Shown here: in pieces, positions 56,069 through 64,000 of the stretch | Position numbering within the stretch: the stretch's first letter is position 1 | How the letters are laid out: every line of letters begins with the position of its first letter | Assembly (NCBI GenBank): GCA_963828735.1 | Contig: CAWHFW010000005.1 | Location: 128,001 to 192,000 of the forward strand | Length of the DNA stretch: 64,000 bases | Direction of reading: 5' to 3' | From: an uncultured Gemmatimonadales bacterium | GTDB lineage: Bacteria > Gemmatimonadota > Gemmatimonadetes > Gemmatimonadales > GWC2-71-9 | Made by a program: the position numbers and the translations under genes | The notes under the pieces: model-generated | Databases searched by the model: none | The model's input: the letters and a program-made list of their open reading frames with translations, nothing else | Told to the model about the DNA's origin: nothing

Positions 56069-57625
56069 TCATCTCCCGGCGGCCGACACGGCTTGCGCCT
56101 TCCTCGCCAGCCGGCTGTTCCTGACCCCGTACGTGAAATAGATCCCCAGCCCGAGCAGCAGCCACAGGCCGAACCGGATCCAGGTCAGCCGCGGCAGCTG
56201 CAACATCAGATACAGACACGTCAGAATCGAGATGATGGGCGTGATCGGGACCAGCGGCGCGCGGAACGGCCGCGGCCGGTCCGGCTCCAGCCTCCGCAGC
56301 ACGATCACCCCCGCCGAGACCAGCACGAACGCGAACAGCGTCCCGATGTTCGTCAGGTCCACGACCTCGGCGATGTTGGCGAAGGCCGCGAACGTCGCGA
56401 CGAACAGGCCGGTGATGATCGTGCCGATGTAGGGCGTCTTGAACCGCGGATGGACCCGCGCCAGGAACGGCGGCAACAGGCCGTCCCGGGACATCGACAT
56501 GAAGATCCGCGGTTGGCCCAGCTGGAAGACGAGCAGCACGCTGCTCATCGCGATGACCGCGCCGAGCGAGACGATCAAGCGCGACATCGTGAGCAGGCGC
56601 GGCGATCCGTCGGCCAGCGCGAGCGCCGTGATCATCGGCTCCGCGGTGCCGAGCTTCTGCCACGGCGCCATCCCGGTCATGACCAGCGCCAGCACGATGT
56701 AGAGCACCGTGCACACGACGAGGCTCATAATGATGCCGAACGGCATGTCGCGCGCGGGGTCGCGGGCCTCCTCGGCGGCCGTGCTGGTCGCGTCGAATCC
56801 GATGTAGCTGAAGAAGATGATCGCCGCGCCCGCGCTGATGCCGGCGAAGCCGTTGGGGGCGAAGCCGCCCATCGCCGGATCGTTCCAGTTGCCCGGCTTG
56901 ACCAGCGTCACGCCCACCGCGCAGAAGAACAGGATGATGCCGATCTTGAGCAGCACCATCGCGTTGTTCGAGTTGGCGCTCTCGCGAATGCCGATCACCA
57001 GGATCACGGTGATGAGGGCGACGATGAGGAACGCAGGCAGGTTGGCGATGACGGGGAAGCCGAACAGGTGGGGCGCCGTGCTGAGCGCGGAGGCGAGATA
57101 CTGATTCGTCGCGTCCGTCGCGCCGCCGGCGACCGCCTCCGCGGCCATGTGCGCCGACCGGAAGTCGGTCGCGAGCCAGGCGGGCATCGCGACCCCGAAA
57201 TGGCTCAGCAGCTCGCGGAAGTATCCCGACCAGCCGATCGCGACGCCGATGTTCCCCACCGCGTATTCGATAATCAGGTCCCACCCGATGATCCACGCCA
57301 CCAGCTCGCCCAGCGACGCGTAGGCGTAGGTGTACGCCGAACCCGAGATCGGCACCATCGCCGCGAACTCGGCATAGCAGAGGGCCGCGAATCCGCACGT
57401 CAGCGCGGTGAGCAGGAACGAGAGGACGATCGCCGGCCCCGCCCCGGGCCGCAGCGAATCGCCGACGATCGCGGTGCCGGTCGTCGCGAAGATTCCCGCA
57501 CCAATCGTGGCGCCGACGCCGAGCGCGGTCAGGTGCCACTTGCCGAGCGAGCGCTTGAGCCCGCCGCGCTCGAGGATGTCGTCTTCGCAGTCCTGCACGG
57601 TCTTCCGGAGTAAAAGCCGGCTCAT
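56069..57625 (-). CDS. Amino acid permease (APC/CAT family)
   Basis: GATIGAGIF, YAEFA..SGSAY, FFSYIGFD, AEEA, QPRIF..RDGLLP. Confidence 0.94.
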   Translation of the reverse strand: MSRLLLRKTVQDCEDDILERGGLKRSLGKWHLTALGVGATIGAGIFATTGTAIVGDSLRPGAGPAIVLSFLLTALTCGFAALCYAEFAAMVPISGSAYTYAYASLGELVAWIIGWDLIIEYAVGNIGVAIGWSGYFRELLSHFGVAMPAWLATDFRSAHMAAEAVAGGATDATNQYLASALSTAPHLFGFPVIANLPAFLIVALITVILVIGIRESANSNNAMVLLKIGIILFFCAVGVTLVKPGNWNDPAMGGFAPNGFAGISAGAAIIFFSYIGFDATSTAAEEARDPARDMPFGIIMSLVVCTVLYIVLALVMTGMAPWQKLGTAEPMITALALADGSPRLLTMSRLIVSLGAVIAMSSVLLVFQLGQPRIFMSMSRDGLLPPFLARVHPRFKTPYIGTIITGLFVATFAAFANIAEVVDLTNIGTLFAFVLVSAGVIVLRRLEPDRPRPFRAPLVPITPIISILTCLYLMLQLPRLTWIRFGLWLLLGLGIYFTYGVRNSRLARKAQAVSAAGR

Positions 57626-57728
57626 TGCGATCCTCAGAAGGGACGGAGTCGTGCGGGGTCCCGGGTCGTGAGCTGCCGCTTGGCGATCGTCGCTCGCGAC
57701 TCACCACCCAGGACCACGACTACTCGGA

Positions 57729-58571
57729 TCAGGAGCTGCGTTTGCCGGGGAGCGTGAACGTCACTGTGGTCGTCCCGGCCACCGTCCGGCCGTCGGGCGT
57801 GCGGGCCGGGGTAAAGCGGAATGCGCGGATCACTTCGTCGAACTTCCTGGCGTAGTCGCCGTCCGCGATGGCGGGGTCGACCTCGTAGCGGTCCACTCGA
57901 CCATCCACCCGGACCCAGAACGTCACGGCGAGCGAGGCGCCGCGGAGCTCCTTCGGCGGTGTGTCGAACGGGAAGGCGAGGTCGCGGAGCTCGGGCGGCC
58001 GAATCGCTCCGCCTGCCCCACCGCCGCCAGTGCCGGGGCCGGTGCCTGGTCCGTCGCCGGGCCCGATACCCTGCCCGGCACCGCCGCCGGCTCCTCCACC
58101 GGCGCCCGGCCCGGTGCCCGGACCCGTCGCGCTCGCGGGGCCCGGCGCGCTCGCCGCGGCGGCGGGTGGGACCGAATCCGTGGGCGGCGGCGCTGGATCG
58201 GGGACCTCGGCCGCAGGCTTGGGCGGGGGCGGTGTCGGGATCGGCTTCGGCTCGACGCGCGGCCGCACCACCGGCGCCGTGATCGTCGTCTGCCGAGGCG
58301 CCACCGGCTCGGGGATCGGCGGCAGGGTAATATAGGCCACCCGTGGGCCACCGCCACCGCCGCCACCACCACCGCCCGGCGCCAGTGCCGGGTCCCCTGG
58401 CGCGAGCGTCCGGGACCACACCCGTTCGCCGCTCCGCACCAGCAGCAGGATGAGCGCGCCGTGCACCGCCAGCGACACCAGGAGTCCGCCGTAGCGGCGG
58501 CGGGAGGTGGGGAGGGTGAGGCGGGGTAAGGCTGGCGCGCGCGTGGGGCCCCCGGAATGGATCGCGTGCAT
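57729..58571 (-). CDS. TonB-like protein (TM anchor, Pro/Gly linker, TonB_C-like domain)
   Basis: SLAVH anchor, Pro/Gly-rich region, DGRV..FRFTPARTPDG. Confidence 0.65.
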   Translation of the reverse strand: MHAIHSGGPTRAPALPRLTLPTSRRRYGGLLVSLAVHGALILLLVRSGERVWSRTLAPGDPALAPGGGGGGGGGGPRVAYITLPPIPEPVAPRQTTITAPVVRPRVEPKPIPTPPPPKPAAEVPDPAPPPTDSVPPAAAASAPGPASATGPGTGPGAGGGAGGGAGQGIGPGDGPGTGPGTGGGGAGGAIRPPELRDLAFPFDTPPKELRGASLAVTFWVRVDGRVDRYEVDPAIADGDYARKFDEVIRAFRFTPARTPDGRTVAGTTTVTFTLPGKRSS

Positions 58572-58694
58572 CAAGGGCGAAAGATAACGGGCGGGACGGC
58601 ACCGCCCCTGCCCGAGAGACGTGCCGCCAACCCCCGAACGCACGCGCGGGGACCAAGCTTCGGCCCCCGCGCGGCGTACGGTCGGCGATCCGCT

Positions 58695-59116
58695 CTACTT
58701 CGAGGCGTTCGCCTCTTGCGGCGTGAAGCCGATGATCTGTACCCCGGCTCCGCGCGCGACGTCCATCGCCTCGACGATGTCCTGGTAGATCCGGTTCGGC
58801 CCGGCCTTGATGAACAGCAGCTTCGCCGGACGTTGATCGTAGATCGCGTGGATCTGCGTATCCAGCTGGTCCTTGGGGACCGGCTGCCCGTTGATCGAGT
58901 AGCTGCCGTCGTCCGCCAGCTCGAGCACGATCTGGTTGGGCGGCGGCGTGTTGGTCTTGGTCTCGTCCGGCGGCGGCACCTGCACGTCCATCGCCATCCG
59001 GCTGAGCGGCTGCGTGATCATGAAGATGATCAGCAGCACGAGGAGCACGTCGATCATCGGCGTCACGTTGATATCGGACTGGACGCCCCCACTGGATGCC
59101 CCGGCGGTCATGGCCA

Positions 59117-59117
<1 letters not shown>
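58695..59117 (-). CDS. exbD: ExbD/TolR family protein
   Basis: INVTPMIDVLLVLLIIFM. Confidence 0.9.
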
Positions 59118-59558
<441 letters not shown>

Positions 59559-59578
<20 letters not shown>

Positions 59579-60308
59579 TGCCGGTCACCGCTTTCTGGGC
59601 CTGGAATTCCTTCGTGAAGATCGAACGCCCGAACTCGCTCCCCACGCTCTTGATCAGGTAGTCGATCAATTCCTTCGAGGTGTAGGTCATCTCGACGGTC
59701 AGGTTCTCGATCTTCGTGGTGAAGTAGTTGTACGCCCACACCGCCGGAATCGCGACCATCAGACCGAACGCCGTCGTGATCAGCGCCTCGGCGATACCGG
59801 CCGAGATGCCCGCGAGGCCGCCCGACGCACCCTGCGCCGCCATGCCCACGAACGCGTTCACGATACCCATCGTGGTGCCGAGGAGGCCGACGAACGGCGC
59901 CGTCGAGCCCACCGTGCCGAGCACGCCCAGGCCGCGCTTGAACTCTGACAGCACGATCAGCATCTGGCGCTCCACCGCCCGCTCGGCCGAGTTGATGTCG
60001 GCGGCGGTGATGGTGGCGCGGTCACGCAGCAGCGGCTTCACTTCGGCCAGCGCCTCGCCCAGCACGCGGGAGACGTGACTCTTCTTGTTCTTCTCGGCCA
60101 GCGAGATGGCCTGGTCCAGGTTCTCCTCCTGGATCGCCCGCGAGAACTGGGGCGCGAACTTCCGCGTCTCCGACTCGCTCCGCTTGAGCTGGATGAGCTT
60201 GGTGAAGACGATCGTGAGCGAGTAGATGGACATGATCGCCAAGATGAAAACGATGCCCTTGGCGAACGCGCCCATCTGGGCCCACAGTTGAAGCAGATCG
60301 AGACTCAT
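59559..60308 (-). CDS. exbB: MotA/TolQ/ExbB proton channel
   Basis: APFVGLLGT, GIAEALITTAFGL..AIPA. Confidence 0.9.
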
Positions 60309-60338
60309 GTTGCCGTGCCTCCTGGGCAGGGTAATGGC

Positions 60339-61040
60339 CTACTGGCCGACCTTGAACGAAATGCGCTGCTGGACCAACTGGCGAACGGGCTGGCCCTTGA
60401 ACTTGGCCGGCTTGAACACGCCCTTCCGGATCGCTTCCTGGGCCGGTTCGACGAATGCCGGGTGCGTCGTCTTGAGCACCTTGAACGAGTTCGGCTCCGC
60501 GTGGCCCGTCGTATCGACGACGTACTGCAGGTCGACGGCGCCGGCGATCCCGGCGCTCTGCAGCACCGGCGGATAACGCGGCGTCGGGATGGAGATCGGC
60601 TGGACCGGATCGTCCAGCTGCGCCTCCAGGAACACCTCACCGCTCACCGGGCCGGTCCCGCCCACGACGCCGGTGGAGATGCCGCCCTCGACGCCCTTGC
60701 CCGTGAAATCCTTCGGATCGAACGGCTTCTCGTTCAGATCGATCGGAGGGATGTCTTTCGGGATGTCGGTCGGCGCCACGACCGTCTGAAACCCCTTGGG
60801 CGGGGGGTTCGCGGAGACGATGACGTCCGGTGGCGGCTGATCGGGTGGCGGCGGGGGAGGCGGCGGCGGCTTGAGGAACACCATCGTGGTGTCGACCGGG
60901 CGATTCTTGATCGTCTCGGCCACACCCTGGGTCGCTTTGACGGCGCCGAAGATGATGGCGCCGTGGACGAGAAAGGACAGGATCGTCTGTCCGATCGTCC
61001 GCTGACCCTTCTGCTTGGACTCGATCAGGTTTTCGAACAC
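60339..61040 (-). CDS. tonB: Energy transducer TonB
   Basis: SFLVH anchor, poly-Pro, YP..GAV..VDTTG, FKPA..GQPV; GGAGG RBS before GTG. Confidence 0.88.
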   Translation of the reverse strand: MFENLIESKQKGQRTIGQTILSFLVHGAIIFGAVKATQGVAETIKNRPVDTTMVFLKPPPPPPPPPDQPPPDVIVSANPPPKGFQTVVAPTDIPKDIPPIDLNEKPFDPKDFTGKGVEGGISTGVVGGTGPVSGEVFLEAQLDDPVQPISIPTPRYPPVLQSAGIAGAVDLQYVVDTTGHAEPNSFKVLKTTHPAFVEPAQEAIRKGVFKPAKFKGQPVRQLVQQRISFKVGQ

Positions 61041-61119
61041 GCAACTACCTCCGTCAGGGGAGGAATGATCGTGCCGCGAGAAGCTACAACTCCCCTCATG
61101 GCTCGTCAGTAGCCCGAAC

Positions 61120-61137
61120 ATGACAATTCGATGACAA
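61120..61137 (-). promoter_or_regulatory. OmpR/PhoB-type direct repeat upstream of tonB
   Basis: Minus strand TTGTCAT-cgaa-TTGTCAT, 11-bp period. Confidence 0.5.
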
Positions 61138-61213
61138 GCGAATTAGCCGTTTCGTAATGATGGCGGGATGTTCGGGATGGCGTTCAGGCTCGAAACGGGC
61201 GTGCGGCGACGCG

Positions 61214-62672
61214 TCAACTCTGGACCGGCAACGTTCCGTTCCGGGGCAGTCGAACGGTGAAGATCGTGCCCCGGCCCGGGCCGGCTCTGCACGGTGATGG
61301 CGCCACCGTGTGCCTCGGCAATCCACTTGGTGATCGCGAGACCGAGGCCGGTCCCTGGCCGATCGCCCGTGCGCGAGCGCGCGGGGTCGGCCCGCCAGAA
61401 GCGGTCGAAAATGTGAGGCAGATCACCAGGGGCGATGCCGATGCCCGTATCGCGCACGGTGATGCTGACCGCCTCCTCGTGGTCCGCGAGGGAGAGGTCG
61501 ATCGTCCCGCCCTGCGGCGTGTACTTGATCGCGTTGGTGACGAGGTTGAGGAGCATCTCCCGGATCCGCTGCCGATCCACCGCCAGCCGGACGGGATGCC
61601 GGGGCATCATGCTCGTAACGCTGACGCCGGAGCCTTCGCCCAGCATGCCGGCCGTTTCAACCACGTCGCCGAGGAGGTCCCGCAGGTCCGATTCCTCGAC
61701 GGCGAGCGGCGCCCGGCCCTCGTCCGCGCGAGCGAGCGTCAACAGGCTTTCCACCAGCTCGGTCATCTCGTTGATCTGCGCGAGCGTCTCGTCGAGCGAT
61801 TGCATGATCTCGGCGGGCACGCCAGGGTGCACCAGCGCGCGCTCGACGCCGGCCCGGAGCACCATCAGCGGGGTCTTGAGCTCGTGGCTCGCGTCCGCGG
61901 TGAACCGATGCAGGCTCGCGAAGCTCTGCTCCAGCCGGGCGAGCATGCCGTTCACCGTCAGGGTGAGCCGGCTCATCTCGTCGCCGGACATCGGCACCGC
62001 GAGCCGCCGGTGCAGGCTCCGCCCGTCGGAGATCGCCTTGATCTCGTCCATGATGCCCTGGACCGGACGGAGGAATGTCCCCGCCAGCCAGTAGCCCACC
62101 AGGGCCGAGGCGAGCAGGATGACCGGCGCAATGATCAGCATGGACCGGAGCAGATCGCCCGGGCCGAACGCGATCTGGCTGATCGGCGTCGCGACCATGA
62201 GACCGCCGATCTCGGGCCCCGCGGCCTCGACGCGCACGGCGAGCCAGCGCAGCGAGCCCGCGTCGGCGCCCAGGTTGATCGTGCCCGCACGCTTGGGCAG
62301 GCGGAGGGAGTCGAGCGGAGCGGTGAGACGCTGGAGCGCGTCGGCGCTGAGCGAGCGCGACGCCTCCGAGAGCGCCAGAACGTTGCCGTTGGTGTCGCTG
62401 ACGACGACGTAGTCGCGCACCGCCTCGAGGTAGGCGCTGATGCCAGGATCGAGCGACGGACTGGTGCCGGCGGTCGTGACGATGCGGCCCAGCACGTTGT
62501 AGGACTCGCTCAGCCAGCGATTCGCGAGGTCCGCCTCGAGGCCGAGGCGCTGATCGAGCTCACGGACGCTGGACTGACGCCGCTCCAGGTACAGCAAGGT
62601 CCCGAAGGCCGCGATCGTGATCCCGAGCGCGACCGTGTACCAGATGGTCAGCCGCTGCCGGATCGTCCGCAC
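61214..62672 (-). CDS. HAMP-domain sensor histidine kinase (frameshift near 61270)
   Basis: Two TM segments, DASHELKTPL, NAIKY, DTGIG, GTGLGL; natural end GRGTIFTVRLP lies in a second frame ending at 61214. Confidence 0.9.
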
Positions 62673-62673
62673 G

Positions 62674-63342
62674 TCAGGCCTTCACGACGTATCCGACGCC
62701 GCGCACGGTATGCACCAGCTTCTGCGCGTGACCCGAGTCCACCTTCTTGCGAAGCCGGTTGATCACCACGTCGACGATGTTGGTGCCGGGGTCGAAGTGA
62801 TAGTCCCAGGCGTACTCGGTGATGAGCGTGCGCGACATGACCCGGCCGGCGTGCCGCAGGAGATACTCCAGCACCGTGTACTCCTTGGGCGTGAGGTCGA
62901 TACGCTCGCCCGACCGCCGGACTTCGCGGGTGGCCGTGTCGAGCTCGAGGTCGCCGACGCGCAGCACCGGATCTTGGATCGCCTGGGGGCGGCGCCCCAG
63001 CGCCTCCACCCGCGCCAGCAGCTCCTCGAACGCGAAGGGCTTGGTCACGTAGTCGTCGGCGCCCGAGCGCAGCGCCTGGACCTTGAAGTCCACCGCGTCC
63101 TGCGCGGTGAGCACCAGGATTGGCGTGGTGAGTCCGCGGTCGCGCAACGTGCGCAGGACCTCGAGGCCATTCATGCCGGGCAACCGGAGGTCGAGCACCA
63201 CCAGATCGTACCGCCCGCCCGACGCCAGCCGCAGCCCTTCCATGCCCTCGTCCACCAGGTCCGCCTGAAAATGGTGCTCCTCGAGGCCGCGCTTCACGTA
63301 TTGGCCCACCGTGCGATCGTCCTCGATGACCAGGATCTTCAT
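62674..63342 (-). CDS. OmpR-family response regulator
   Basis: ILVIEDD, LDLRLP, GADDYVTKPF, LTPKE, HTVRGVGY. Confidence 0.95.
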   Translation of the reverse strand: MKILVIEDDRTVGQYVKRGLEEHHFQADLVDEGMEGLRLASGGRYDLVVLDLRLPGMNGLEVLRTLRDRGLTTPILVLTAQDAVDFKVQALRSGADDYVTKPFAFEELLARVEALGRRPQAIQDPVLRVGDLELDTATREVRRSGERIDLTPKEYTVLEYLLRHAGRVMSRTLITEYAWDYHFDPGTNIVDVVINRLRKKVDSGHAQKLVHTVRGVGYVVKA

Positions 63343-64000
63343 GCGGCCACCGGCAGGAAGACCCGGAAGGTCGCGCCGCGCCCGGGAGCGCTGTCCACCT
63401 CGATGCGTCCGCGGTGGTCGGCGACGATGCCGTAGCAGATGGACAAGCCGAGGCCGGTCCCCCGCCCCGGCGGCTTCGTCGTGTAGAACGGCTCGAAGAT
63501 CTTGCCGTGCTCGGCGGCGGGAATGCCCATGCCGGTATCCTCCACTTCGACGACGACCTCGTCGGACCGGTGGGGGCTGAGTCTCGTGCGCACGGTGAGC
63601 TGGCCACCCTGCTCCATCGCGTCGAGGGCGTTCAGCATGAGCGCCATGAGCGCCTGGATCAGCTGCTCGGCACTCCCGGTCGTCTCGGGGAGTCCGGGCG
63701 CCAGGGCCCGTACCACCTGGAGCCGCTTGAAACGCTGGTGATGCTTGAGCAGAAACAGCGTCTCGTCCACCAGGGTGTTGAGGGCGACCGGGCGCCGCGG
63801 CGTGGCCTTGGGCCGGCTGAAATCGAGCAGCCCGTCCACGATCCGGCTGCAGCGATCGACCTCCCGGTCGATCGTCTGCAGGTACTCCTCGGCCCGCGTG
63901 GTCTCCGGCCCCGCCGGCAGGCGCCCCTCGATCGCGGCGACGCACGCGCTGATCGTGGCCAGCGGGTTGTTGATCTCGTGCATGACGCCGGCGGCGAGCT
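63339..64000 (-). CDS. NtrB-like histidine kinase, partial (starts beyond window end)
   Basis: AAGVMHEINNPL, NALDA, DTGMG, FYTTK..GTGLGL. Confidence 0.9.
   Translation of the reverse strand, partial: LAAGVMHEINNPLATISACVAAIEGRLPAGPETTRAEEYLQTIDREVDRCSRIVDGLLDFSRPKATPRRPVALNTLVDETLFLLKHHQRFKRLQVVRALAPGLPETTGSAEQLIQALMALMLNALDAMEQGGQLTVRTRLSPHRSDEVVVEVEDTGMGIPAAEHGKIFEPFYTTKPPGRGTGLGLSICYGIVADHRGRIEVDSAPGRGATFRVFLPVAA

Overview
High-GC bacterial chromosomal window; gene content, gene order and protein style suggest Gemmatimonadota (inference only). It is mostly core and envelope genes, largely on the minus strand. In order: a nucleotide-sugar/cell-wall/carB run (gmd, rmd-like, carB, murB, wbpD/wbpE/wbpA-like, ugd, epimerase, TPR proteins); rpmB; a stand-alone alpha operon (rpmJ-rpsM-rpsK-rpsD-rpoA-rplQ); smpB-amidase-pyrD-pyrF; tRNA-Leu(CAG); an Rrf2-cysM-JAB protease-(ThiS/MoaD::MoeB::rhodanese fusion) sulfur-relay operon; a divergent nucleotidyltransferase/metallophosphoesterase pair; aspA; a GT4/deacetylase/flippase-like cluster; a redox run containing trxB and a peroxiredoxin whose catalytic Cys codon is an in-frame TGA (probable selenoprotein); 2-oxoacid dehydrogenase E1a/E1b/E2; a Tat-signal amidase; a K+-independent-type membrane pyrophosphatase; ino1 plus a CDP-alcohol phosphatidyltransferase; a peptidoglycan/amino-sugar salvage cluster whose namZ and nagZ genes start head-to-head on one GTGCAC palindrome; tonB-exbB-exbD-exbD; and two-component genes. 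Frameshifts cluster at about 27-29.2 kb and 43-46.5 kb and look like sequencing or assembly indels. I saw no CRISPR array, rRNA, integrase or transposase. All product calls come from recognised motifs, not from database searches.
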